This document shows, piece by piece, positions 13,205 to 25,576 of a DNA stretch of 64,000 bases. The first letter of the stretch is position 1. Every line of letters begins with the position of its first letter. The DNA comes from Octopus sinensis (lineage: Eukaryota). The position numbers were made by a program, and so were the translations under genes. Where the stretch lies: positions 1,736,001-1,800,000 of the forward strand of contig NC_043018.1 of NCBI RefSeq assembly GCF_006345805.1, in the 5' to 3' direction. The notes beneath the pieces are model-generated. The model was given only the letters and a program-made list of their open reading frames with translations. It made no database searches and was not told the origin of the DNA.

Positions 13205-14312
13205 GTGTGTACACAAATTTTCGCGCCCGTAGGCTGCATCAGTGCCCGGCTGTTACACCAAGAATACAGACGTGTAGTGCGCACTCGTCGCATTCTCATT
13301 CTCACGCAAGATGACCTAACGCATCGAGTAAAAATATTGCATCAAGTTTTGCCAAAGGCTTGGAGATACACAAGCTCAAACCACCCAAAAGATTCAGCAA
13401 GCGTTTGGCGATGATACCATGGGCAAAACTCCGATCAAAGAGTCGTACTACTATTTCAAACATGGCTGCATCTCAGTGGACAGCGGGAGATGCTCAAGTA
13501 GGACGTTCACAAGCTGAGACGATGAGCTGATTGAAAAGGTTCAGCGAATAGTCATCGAAGACCGTCGTTTAGCAACCCAGGAAATTACTCACGAAGTAGG
13601 AATAAGCAGAAGATCAGTGCATTCCAGTTTAATGGGGGATTTGTGCAAGCAGAGAATGTTGGCAAAAAAAAAGGAGAAAATGTTTGATACTTTTTGAAGC
13701 TTTCCTCGTCAAGAACAACACATCACTTGTTCGACAAGCTTCCTGCTTTCCAGACTTGGTAATTTGTGACTTCTGGCTCTTCCTCATACTGAAAGGAAAG
13801 TGATTTTTGCCATGAGTAGTTGAGCTTCATTTCATTCTGGAAGTGTTCCAGGGGTGTTACCAACAGTGGCAGAAACGCTGACAGAAGTGTGCGAATACTG
13901 AATGCGATTGTGAATGCGATTAAATAAATTTGTGAAATCTACAGAATTACGGAGATGTACTTGCATAGCAAGTGACTTGATCTGAGATCGTGTGCTGAAA
14001 CGAAAACAATTGCAGCGTGGAAGGTGTTTGTAAGCCATTTAAAAACACACAAAAGCCGTTCGATTCACTTCAACATTTAAGTTTAATTTGTCAAAATATT
14101 TTCGTCCACGGATTTTTGTCAGTGAACAGGTCGCGGTCTTAAAGCGACGAAAATATTTTGACAAATTAAACTTAAATGTTGAAGTGAATCGAACGGCTTT
14201 TGTGTGTTTCTTAAATGGCTTACAAACACCTTCCACGCTGCAATTGTTATCTACAGAATTGTTTTTTTTAATGCCCAAACGTCTGTCTGATACTTTTTGA
14301 ACGCACCTCGTA
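13205..14312 (+). mobile_element. Decayed mariner element
   Basis: From 13311 KYCIKFCQRLGDTQAQT...IVIEDRRLATQEI..VGIS (HTH region), later PDLVICDFWLF and FQGCYQQWQKR with stops; right TIR ending cctcgTA at 14312. Confidence 0.8.
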
Positions 14313-15227
14313 GAAGCATTTCAACAACAATGGAAGCATATAAACCATACTACAAAGTAATGTGTCTGGATTACATTGCGTAATTAAACATGTATAAAGG
14401 GTGAAGCTTGTATGGGGAATGTGTATAGAGTGATAGGTTGCGTAAGGGTAGAGGATTGTTGGCAAAGAGATGAAAATGTGTATGTGTAGTGGATAATAGG
14501 CAGACGTGTGATGGACTCCAGAGATAGTAAAGTCATGTACAACGTAAACCTGTAAGTAGCTTGGAAAATTGTTGAATAAACTTCTTTTGGTGGACATGAA
14601 GAAATTTACTCCATGTTCGTATTTAATAGATTGTGAGGTTATGTAAATATATTGAATTTTTCGGATAAGCATAAGTAGCACATATTGCCGTTGAGAGCGT
14701 TTTCGATAATAAACCATTAAGTTATGTCTTTTAAACTCCAGAATTTGTTCGAAAGTGTTGTTGCTGATATCTCATTTTCATGCCTAAACGTGTGTATATG
14801 CTGAACGTATCTGGATTTGAATGAGTGCTCTGTAAAACTTTGTATTGTTATTATTATTATTAGAGGGAAACCGTGGCACAGTTGGCAAATTTTATCGAAT
14901 AAAGAATTGCCAACTCAGAAGAGTGGAATTCTTTGAGCATCGAAAGAGAAGCTTTTCGATATCTGTTCCGGATTCTGTGCATTCATAGCTCAAATTCTGT
15001 TATGTTAGCCTAAAAATGATCATACTCCTTTCAAGGTGTTGCAACAACAGAAGTAGCTTTTACTAATATATGCTTTATAATCCTCACACTACACACACAC
15101 ACGTAATTACATATATGTATATATATAGAAAATGCAAACTCGTCTGTAAAGTATATAGCTATGCAGGTGTGCATGTGTATATGCATGTACATATGTATGT
15201 ATACATACACACACATAATTAAAAAAA

Positions 15228-15544
15228 GACTCCGCCGGTTACGACGACAAGGGTCCCAGCTGATACGATCAACGGAACAGCTTGCTCGTGAAATTAACGT
15301 GCAAATGGCTGAGCATTCCACAGACACGTGTATCCTTAACGTAGTTCTCGGGGATAATCAGCGTGACACAGAGAGTGACAAGGCTGACCCTTTGAAATAC
15401 AGTACAACTCATTTTTTGCAGCTGAGGGGACTGGAGCAACGTGAAATAAAGTGTCTTGCTCAAGACAAAAGCGTCGCGGGAATCGAACTCACAACCTTAC
15501 GATCATGAGCCGAATGCCCTAACCACTAAGCCACGCGCCCTCAC
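15228..15544 (-). mobile_element. tRNA-derived SINE, family C
   Basis: Head GTGAGGGCGCGTGGCTTAGTGGTTAGG...GAGTTCGATTCCCG; homolog at 32181-32509. Confidence 0.85.
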
Positions 15545-16037
15545 ATACACACACATACAAATACACACACATACATACATACATACATACATACGTACGT
15601 ACATACATACATACATACAAACATACATACATACATACATACGTACGTACATACGTACATACATACATATATACATACATACATACGTACGTACATACGT
15701 ACATACAAACACACATCCTCGTTTGAACTACATTCTTCGCAACTCCATACTGGCCCTTTTTCACACAAACACATACACACGCTGAAATGTATATATGTAC
15801 CTACACTCACGCAACACGCACACACACACACACACAAATACACACACTAATACACAAATACACACACTAATACACAAATACACATACAAACACGCACAGA
15901 GAATTAGCTATCATATGTATGATGGAGATGAATGGATAGGTAGACAGACAGGTAACGAAATAGAATGCTAAAGAGATAGCAAGGTAGAAAACAGAGAGAG
16001 AGAGATATATAAATAGATAGATAGATAGAGAGAGAGC

Positions 16038-16071
<34 letters not shown>

Positions 16072-17158
16072 TACAGAATGGTAGAAGAAAGAAGGAAGGT
16101 TGAACATGAGAGGGGGAAGGAGGGAAACGTAAACGCAACGCCTACCTGTCTGTTTCACAACCAGGTGAAAACTTGGTTTCCTTTTAACGCCTTCCAGATA
16201 CTCAGCAAGGTTTATATAATGCTGCAATAGCAACGACATACTATAAAGCTATTCACGCGTACTCCTTAGCGAGTTTTTCGTGCTCGTGTTCAAATACTTG
16301 ATACTCTTTCGGTGCCAGCTCTACATGCTTTTTTTTGTGTGTATGCATGTGCGTACGTATTATATTGTGTATGTGTCTGTATTTTGCTTTGTGTATGCGT
16401 ATGAGTATGTGATTTTTGTCTGTATGAGAGTGTATGTATATAGTCATACCTTAATGAGAATGAAATATATGAATATATGAACGCGGTTGTATGACTTTCA
16501 CCCATACGATATATACATATATATATATATATATATTATATATATAATTATATAAATACTATATATATATATTCATATATATGTATATAGATATATATAT
16601 ATATATAATATATTATATATATATATAATATATATATATATGCATAATATATGTGGATAGATAATACATATATACATAAATAGAGATATACATAAATACA
16701 CACACACATACACACTTATATACGAAAAGACAAAGAGAGTAAAGGAGAAAGAGGAGAAGGAAGAGAGGAGAGAGAGGGAGAGGAAGAGATGGGTAGGGAG
16801 AGTCAAATGCCTAAAACTGTAACTCAACGCATATACATGCATCTATCTATATATATATGCATGATCTATATATATGTATATATATACATATATATATATA
16901 TGTATCTATACACATTTACATACATAGATGCATATATATATATATATACATACATATACATACATATATATATACCGGAGTAAACACATAAATGTGAAAC
17001 AAGGTGGAAAAAAGAGTACTCGAATACCAGTGGTAGAGTAATATGCAGCAGAAAATTCAACAAAATCTGTTACTCTGAGTTTCCCGTTGCCGTTCATCGG
17101 ACAGTTTTTTGCTAAAATGGAACCGATTCTAGCAAAACTGGTTCCATTCTAGCAAAAA

Positions 17159-17196
17159 CTGTCCGATGAACGGCAACGGGAAACTCAGAGTAACAG
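17159..17196 (+). ncRNA. Hammerhead-like motif with U4C core (mirror copy at 17067-17104, minus)
   Basis: CUGU-CCGAUGA-ACG(GCAA)CGG-GAAACU(CAG)AGUA-ACAG. Confidence 0.55.
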
Positions 17197-17740
17197 GTTT
17201 TGTTGAATTTTCTGCTGCTTTAAATACATATATATATATATGTATTTAAATATATAAAAAATACCTATAGATATTCGGTTATAGACATATACATTGGCGC
17301 GCCGATACACCAATAAATGGCAACATACATAAAAAGACAAATATTATACAGATATGTTTGCATGGTTGCATATAATATGGACACAGATAGATACCAGAGA
17401 TACGTGAACCATCTACTAGTTGTATGTTGATATATGGTTAGCACACGGATATAAAGATAAACGGTATAGACATATAAATCGGTTATATAGAGACAAAGAA
17501 AAATGTAGAGGCTTAAAGGAATATGGATTAAAATATATATATAGACATCAATAGGCGTTGATGTCTGAGTGTGTGGAGATATTGGCAAATGCAGACTTAA
17601 GACGAAAATGCTTGTACGTATATTGAACATATAACTCCTTGTACATATAGATACACAATACAGCTAAACATAACTATTTCTTTTTGACTTCGAATATCGT
17701 ATGATATATATATATATAATAATATATATATTATATATAT

Positions 17741-17831
<91 letters not shown>

Positions 17832-18204
17832 ATATATATAATATCGTATATATAATATATATATATATATATATAATATATATATATTATATATATATAT
17901 ATATAAAGAAGTAAATATATGGCACAACGAAGTACCGACATTTACTGGAAATAGCGAACGTAATAATACGACGCTAATGTATAGCTTCACCGCGTATGTG
18001 CTAGCAAAAATGCGTGTGTGCAACACTAGAAAAAATTGTCTTGCTAGCACATACGCGGTGAAGCTATATATTAGCGTCGTATTATTACGTTCGCTATTTC
18101 CAGTAAATATCGGTACTTCGTTGTGCCATATATTTACTTCTTTGTATATTTTTTCCCTCAAGGGCTATTCTTTACTGGAAGCATACTCTAGTATTGCATT
18201 ACTA

Positions 18205-18236
<32 letters not shown>

Positions 18237-18267
18237 ATATATATATTTATATAAATTTTATATATAT

Positions 18268-18298
<31 letters not shown>

Positions 18299-18414
18299 CT
18301 ATATATGTATATATATGTATGTATACAGAAAACATATATATATGTATATACATATATATATATATATATATACCTATATATATATATAATATATATGTGT
18401 GTGTGGTGTGTGTG

Positions 18415-18447
<33 letters not shown>

Positions 18448-18884
18448 TTGAGCGTGTGTATGTTTATTATGTGCATGTGTGTATATATATATATAATATA
18501 TATATATAGCTTGTGGCACGGAGCAGTATTGAATGAAATATATTAGTGATAAGTCATATTCAACCCGTTCGAATGAACTCGGACGAGAGAAGACCTTCCG
18601 CTGCGGAGTTAAGAACAGAGTTATTTTTATTTAATAATGGGGCTTATAAGCCCTCGACAGAAAAAAAGGTTTTCCCGCACGCGTTGGCTTCCAACCCACA
18701 CCTCTTTGTTTACGCGACGAAGTGTGCTACCGTTGACGCGTAAACAAAAAGGTGTGGGTTCGCGTCCCACGCATACGGGAAAGCCTACTTTTTTTCTGTT
18801 GAGGGCTTATAAGCCCCATAATTAGACTATTTTGTTTAGTAATTGTGCGGTGATCGCTTATAAGCTTTAAGCTTATTAAAATAC

Positions 18885-18938
<54 letters not shown>

Positions 18939-19349
18939 ACTAATGTAGGATAAAAATTTTTTCGAAAAAAAACTTTTATCAATGGCCGCATATCAAAAAT
19001 ACCTTTAAAGGTTAAATGTATAAATAACTTACAAAATAAGCGGCAAAAGAAAATTTCTAATGCCAAATATGCCAAGTCAATGACCATTATAATTTATGCG
19101 TCTCGAAACAAACCGATTTCTGTCTTTTTTTCGGCATATTTGGCATTAGAATTTTTTCTTTTGCCTTATTGTGTAGTTATATATTATATATATTATATAT
19201 ATATATATATATAATATATATATATTATATATAATAATATATATATTAAGATACAGTTTTGATATATAACACCTAAAACCAAAGAAACTTGAAGAATAAT
19301 AAACTTGGACATGAAGTAAATCTATGACAAATTATAACAATGTTGTGAG

Positions 19350-19690
19350 CCTGAAGATGGTGAGTTAATATCTTGCGACCTAGTTTGTGGAGACCTAGAT
19401 TTCGGTGATCTGCAGTATGATGGCCTGGAGCTGGGTGATTTTTGTACCTGGTAATCTAGAATATAATCTAGAAATATGTGTATAACTAGGTGTATAACGG
19501 GTTGCACAAAGGGCTGTATAACGGGCTGTGATATGGTGGCCTAGGATATGGTGATCTGGAATATGGTGACTTAAGGAAATTGGGATCGAAAATACGGTGA
19601 CGTTCTATATAGCAATTTACAATGTGGTGACCTTAATTGGTGACTTCAGTGTGGTGACCTGCAATATGGCGATCTGCAATAGGTGGACTT
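19350..19690. repeat. Degenerate 15-bp minisatellite (TATGGTGAYCTGCAA-like)
   Basis: Recurrent GGTGAYCT at ~15-bp spacing. Confidence 0.6.
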
Positions 19691-19956
19691 ATAAAGTAAA
19701 GTCGACATTTTTTTTTTAAATATAGAAGCACTGTTATACTAGTGAGGCAAAATCTTGATTATTTCGTAGCATTATGGAATAATGTTACCATAGCAACAAA
19801 CATCGAAATAATGGCAATATGGCAATATAGCAGTTGTAGTAGAAAAAAAGCATTTGTTTTAGTAGTAATAGCATGAAAAATAATAATAATAACAATAAAA
19901 ATAACAATAAGAGCAACAATAATAATATTAATGATAATAACAACAACAAAAGCAAC

Positions 19957-19993
<37 letters not shown>

Positions 19994-20248
19994 GAACAGT
20001 CCTTTCTACTAAAGACACAAGGCCTCAAACATTTGGGGAGGGAACTAGTCGATTACATCGACCCCAGTTTTTTCACTGGTACTTGATTTATCGACTTCGA
20101 AAGGATGAAAGATAATGTCGACCTCGGAGGAAATTGAACTCGGAACGTAAAGACGAAATGCCGCTAAGCATTTTGCCCAGTGTGTTAACGATTCTGCCAG
20201 CTCACCGCCTTAATAATAATAATAATAATAATGATAATAATAATAATG

Positions 20249-20337
<89 letters not shown>

Positions 20338-20362
20338 TATTAATAATAATAATAATGATAAA

Positions 20363-20452
<90 letters not shown>

Positions 20453-20454
20453 TG

Positions 20455-20500
<46 letters not shown>

Positions 20501-20761
20501 CATGGTTTCAAATTTTGCCACAAGGGAAACCATTTTGAGGAAGGGGATCGACTCCAGTTTTTCACTGGTACTTGATTTATAGACCTCGAAAGGATAAAAG
20601 GCAAAGTCGACTTCGGCGGAATTTGAACTCAGAACGTAGCAACGGGCGAAATACATACAGGTGTGTATGTATATTATCCCAAGACGTCTATCTTAAAATA
20701 TGAATATATATTATTTTTTCATTTTAAGATATAAGCTTCAGGGTGTTTTAATTCAGCTAAT

Positions 20762-21219
20762 CTCCGAGCTGTCCAAAGATATGATAGTCGGAAGGAGCTA
20801 GATCTAGGCTGTAGTAAGGGTGTTCCGGCACCTCAAAACCCAATCGGTTGATGGGTGTATGGGCATACATTGTCATGCCACAACAAGACTTTTTTCGGCA
20901 ATAGGCTTGGGCATTTGGTGCGAATTGCTGGCCTCAGTTTGTTGGCCAGCAAAGCACTGTATCTTGCATCATTGATCGTACACCCCATTTTACAGAGAAA
21001 TCGGATCCCTGCTCTTTATTCTTCTTTGGTGCACATTGCTAGTGGAGTGGCCATGCTTACACTGTAATGCCAGAAAGAAAGAAAAAAATGGCGCGATCAG
21101 GCTCAAACCTCGATCACGTGACCACAATAGTACCAACAATAAGCATGCGTGCGCAGAAGGCAGTGTGACAATAATGAAGATATGTTATAGCGAAAGTGGA
21201 TGTTTGACTTCCACTCGTA
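20762..21219 (-). mobile_element. Internally deleted mariner remnant
   Basis: MATPLAMCTKEE*RAGIRFL joined to TINDARYSALLANKLRPAIRTK...WHDN...HPYYSLDLAPSDYHIFG; TA-CGAGTGGAAGTCAA end. Confidence 0.75.
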
Positions 21220-21469
21220 TATATTAACGTATACAAATTCAAATATCTGCTTCTCATATTTTATTGTAAGTAACTGAACATCAACATTCCCTGGGCCTTT
21301 TAGCCTTGGATCTAATTCCCTTACAGAATCAGACACCGTGTATAACAGCAAGTCTGGACCGTTTGAATGACAGGCACAATTAATCTGTCGAATTTCCGCA
21401 CAGTTTCCATCTACTGAAGTCTACCGAGATATCTTCGGTGGGCCCAAAGCTGCAGTTGAAGCGACTTAC

Positions 21470-21800
21470 TTAGGTTAAGTTAAATTAATTTTTTGGCTCA
21501 AAAAGCAAAAAGCAAGGCCATGTAGGGGGACATGGAGTTATGTACAGGGTGGTGTTCATGCAAAGAGTTCAGGCATTTCTGGTCAAGGGAGACTTTGAAC
21601 CGAGGCGGTCGTCGGCATCTTCACTATTTCGTCCGGCAGCTTATTCCACGGATCCGCAACCCGGACGGAGAAAGCCCCTCTCCTTCGATTGAGATGAAAA
21701 CGTCGCAGATAGAGCTTTTCGGAGTGACTCCGGAAACCCCAAAGCCCCGAGATTTCGAGGCGAATTTTATTCCCCTGCCACACACCATTCCGGCCATGCT
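21470..21800 (-). mobile_element. CR1/L2-type LINE 3' fragment
   Basis: KLYLRRFHLNRRRGAFSVRVADPWNKLPDEIVKMPT matches the FSxRVxxxWNxLP C-terminal motif. Confidence 0.75.
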
Positions 21801-21857
21801 TGCACCCAAACAACAACACGAAGACAAATAACACAAAGATACCAATTCTGTACTCAC

Positions 21858-21924
21858 CACTATTTCAATTATGTTATAATCATTGAGAATACCAACTAGA
21901 TGGGCAGTGTTGTAATCGATTAAC
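21858..21924 (-). CDS. Cadherin exon 12: (R)LIDYNTAHLVGILNDYNIIEIV
   Basis: long pyrimidine tract + tttcag acceptor, GTG|gtgagt donor, 67 nt phase 2->0. Confidence 0.88.
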
Positions 21925-22988
21925 CTGAAAGTAGAAGAAAATAGAGAAGCGGGCAGGTTAAATAGTTATTCTACTGTAGTAGTAGTAGTAGTAGTAGTAG
22001 TATAGTAGTAGTAGTAGTAGTAGTAGTATTTTAGTTCTTGTTCAGCCATGATGGAGGAGGCCTATGATCAAAGATATTCTGGCCAAGACTGTTCTGTTCT
22101 GTCAGTAATGACGTTATGAAAAGCAATACTTTTGAAGTGGGAAACCAACAAGTACAGACGTGTGTCCAGTGTTGGTTGACCACACACGCATACGCACGCA
22201 CACGCGCACACCACACACACGCACGCACGCACGCACACGCACACACACACACACACTCTCACACACATACAAAAAATCCCAAGAAAATGAAAAAAACCAT
22301 CAAAAACAAAAAAAACATGACCAAATGGCGGTGCCCCAGCATGGCCATAGCTCGTGAGCTGAAACTAGATAAAACAAAAAAATAATTAAAAAAATGACCA
22401 AATGACCAAACTAACTCACCCACCCCTCAAAACCTGCAATTAGTGAGCAGGTCATGATTTTGAGGGTTTCAAACGGAAAGGAATACAATGCAACTTTCGT
22501 TTTCAGTGTTGTCATTCCTGCATTAATCAACCTTGTTGACCACACAAAGGAGGGAATTGCTCATTACTTAAAAGTATAGTCATGCACAGGGAAGAAGGCA
22601 TTCTGTATATTTCTCATTTTACTCGTCCCAATCATAAGAGTGAAGGCAGTTATTGATAAGAAGAGTTGAAATGAACGGAAGCAACATTTCACAGCTCTAC
22701 CCATCACTCCTTCAAAGTCGGACTCTCAACTTTTCAGCTCACCCTCCTTAACGTGTGTGTGCATGTGTGCTTACGTCCATGTGTGTGTGTGCATACGTGT
22801 ATATATGTGTGTATCTTTTATCTTCTCTGGTTTTAGTTTGAAGCCAAGGCTGTGCTGGGGCATCGCCTTTCAGCGTGATTGGATGTCTTTTCCATATTGT
22901 TTCTGGTGAAGTAGCGGAGCTCTTGTTCTTTGTGCCTCCTGCTGAGATGTGGGCTCATCTGGTATCCCATACACACACACACACACAC

Positions 22989-23019
<31 letters not shown>

Positions 23020-23048
23020 CATACATACATACATACATACACATTCAA

Positions 23049-23268
23049 AATGTGACCGCGTGCGTGCCGTTGGCGATTTTTTCCCTCCGTCTTCCCTTCT
23101 TTGGATCATTCCTTTTCCTATGTTTCCGACGAAGAGCTCCGCTCGAAACGTTAAACCCTCCTTCTTTCTTTCTTTCCTGAGCGTCCAATAATACTATACT
23201 TGTTCCACGTCCTTGTGTTGTTGTGTTTTCTCTTTGTGTTTTCATGTTTGGATTAACTTTGGATTAAC

Positions 23269-23270
<2 letters not shown>
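23049..23270 (+). mobile_element. Family E short repeat (microsatellite-flanked)
   Basis: Homologous copies at ~48020-48220 and ~53235-53450. Confidence 0.75.
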
Positions 23271-23300
<30 letters not shown>

Positions 23301-23306
23301 CATACA

Positions 23307-23342
<36 letters not shown>

Positions 23343-23379
23343 TATGGACAAAATTTATGCAGACTATTTTGAAGATCTC

Positions 23380-23755
23380 CACATCTACGAATCGCAAATC
23401 TCTGTGGCTGTTTGGTTGAATAGTTGTGGACCCTTGAAACTCAGGGTGTTACAGAACTGGGTCTGTAGTCTGGATGGAGTAGGGGGATCTTTGGTACTAT
23501 GCAGTGCCGTCCACTTCGGTGGTAGGTACAACTTTCAATTCCAAAGTAAGGGAGCTTGACCTTCCAGGATATTTCATATGTGTACAACTGCATATCTTTC
23601 ACGCTTTCTTTTTAAGGAGTTGAGCTTCAGTTCTTTAAACCTCTCTCAGTAGCTCACCTGTTGCACCGACACAATCTCCTTAATGTAGAGAGGTCGGATT
23701 GCCTCAAGTTCCATCACAGTTTGACACTCTTCAGTGACCTCTGTTGGGAACGGTT
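23380..23755 (-). mobile_element. Decayed CR1/L2-type LINE fragment
   Basis: SY*ERFKELKLNSL...RERYAVVHI*NILEG...GRHCIVPKIP...SFKGPQLFN, with frameshifts. Confidence 0.7.
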
Positions 23756-24067
23756 ATATTGATATATATATATATATATAATTTCAACAATTGAGGGTAA
23801 AATTAATTAATTAATCAATTTCACCAAGTGTTCAGTATGCAAAGGGACCATTTAAGGCGAATTCAAATTATTACATTATTAAAAGGGCTTAGTAAAAAAT
23901 AAATTACTTTGCCGCATACTGAACTCATTAGAAATAGCAGCTAAAAAAACATTTATAAAACTATTTCTAAATACTTAAAGAAAACCTCTCTCATATAGTG
24001 TTTGCTCAATTCAACTCACGGAAGTATGGGGGGTAGAGACATTAAAAAATCAGATGCAAAGGTTATT

Positions 24068-24120
24068 TGAGAACGTACGTTTCAAGATTAGTCAAACTCG
24101 ACACTTCTATCATCAGCTCA
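24068..24120 (-). ncRNA. Inverted copy of the same hammerhead motif (left arm)
   Basis: Exact reverse complement of 24297-24349. Confidence 0.7.
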
Positions 24121-24296
24121 GAACTCCCTGGTTTGGATTTGAAAACACTGAAAGTGGGAGCATACTCCTTAAATTCTTCGCTTGCATATTTGAGTTTGTT
24201 GGCACTGTTAGTTACGAGCGGAATCTTCAGAAGCGATAGGAGGCCGAAGGAGTATGCTCCCACTTTCAGTGTTTTCAAATCCAAACCAGGGAGTTC

Positions 24297-24349
24297 TGAG
24301 CTGATGATAGAAGTGTCGAGTTTGACTAATCTTGAAACGTACGTTCTCA
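24297..24349 (+). ncRNA. Type I hammerhead motif in the right arm of the large inverted repeat
   Basis: UGAG-CUGAUGA-[26-nt stem II]-GAAAC(GUAC)GUU-CUCA; palindromic ACGUACGU; U.U at 10.1-11.1. Confidence 0.7.
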
Positions 24350-24852
24350 AATAACCTTTGCATCTGATTTTTTAATGTCTCTACCCCCCATACTTCCGTG
24401 AGTTGAATTGAGCAAACCTATATGAAGAGGTTTTCTTTAAGTATTAGAAATAGTTTTATAAATGTTTTTTTAGCTGCTATTTCTAATGAGTTCAGTATGC
24501 GGCAAAGTAATTTATTTTACTAAGCCCTTTTATATAATGTAATAATTTAATTCGCCTTAAAGGGTCCCTTTGCATACTGAACACTTGGTGAATTGATAAT
24601 TAATTAATTTTACCCTCAATTGTTGAAATTATAATTCATCTCTCTCTCTTATTTAATGCCTCGGATTTTACCGAAAAAAGCATAGTGTTTTGCTGATTTT
24701 AACCCACGCTGGTGGAAAGGGGGAGCAGAAATTCTTCGCTTGCATATTTGATTTGTTGGCACTGTTAGTTACGAGCGGATCTTCAGAAGCGATAGGAGGC
24801 CGAAGGAGTATGCTCCCACTTTCAGTGTTTTCAAATCCAAACCAGGGAGTTC

Positions 24853-24905
24853 TGAGCTGATGATAGAAGTGTCGAGTTTGACTAATCTTGAAACGTACGT
24901 TCTCA
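24853..24905 (+). ncRNA. Second tandem copy of the same hammerhead motif
   Basis: Same sequence as 24297-24349, offset 556 nt. Confidence 0.7.
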
Positions 24906-25101
24906 AATAACCTTTGCCATCTGATTTTTTAATGTCTCTACCCCCCATACTTCCGTGAGTTGAATTGAGAAACACTATATGAGAGAGTTTTCTTTAAGTA
25001 TTAGAAATAGTTTTATAAATGTTTTTTTAGCTGCTATTTCTAATGAGTTCAGTATGCGGCAAAGTAATTTATTTTACTAAGCCCTTTTATATAATGTAAT
25101 A

Positions 25102-25156
<55 letters not shown>

Positions 25157-25160
<4 letters not shown>

Positions 25161-25409
25161 TTTGATCACTTTGACCGACCAGTCCGTCAGGCGTCCATTT
25201 GACACCGCTGGTCACAGCACGCTGTCCACTCCTCTCTGGATCGCGCCTTTCTCATCCACGTGATCCCAATCGTCCTCTTGAACTCGTCACTCCACCGTCG
25301 TGGAGGTCTTCCGGGTGGTCTTTTTCCGCTCACGCGGGTACCACTCGACAACTGCGTGCGTCCACCGATTATCGGTGAGCCGGCGACGTGTCCAGCCCAT
25401 CTATACTTG

Positions 25410-25410
<1 letters not shown>
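25157..25410 (-). mobile_element. RTE-type LINE 3' fragment inside (TA)n
   Basis: [39 protein letters not shown]...W; short (TCAAAGTGA)2 tail. Confidence 0.8.
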
Positions 25411-25469
<59 letters not shown>

Positions 25470-25516
25470 ATACATACTACATATATATATACTCACACAG
25501 ACACACTCGCACACAG

Positions 25517-25576
<60 letters not shown>

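Larger units (their letters stand above)
23778..25105. mobile_element. Penelope-like pseudo-LTR-type structure: ~390-bp inverted repeat plus tandem copy of spacer and right arm
   Basis: Left arm 23778-24170, spacer 24171-24246, right arm 24247-24633, second spacer+arm ~24729-25105; (TA)n at both ends; three hammerhead motifs. Confidence 0.6.

Noticed and set aside
24063-24354. Overlapping 95-aa ORFs on both strands
   Set aside because: Mirror products of the inverted repeat; no recognisable protein motif.
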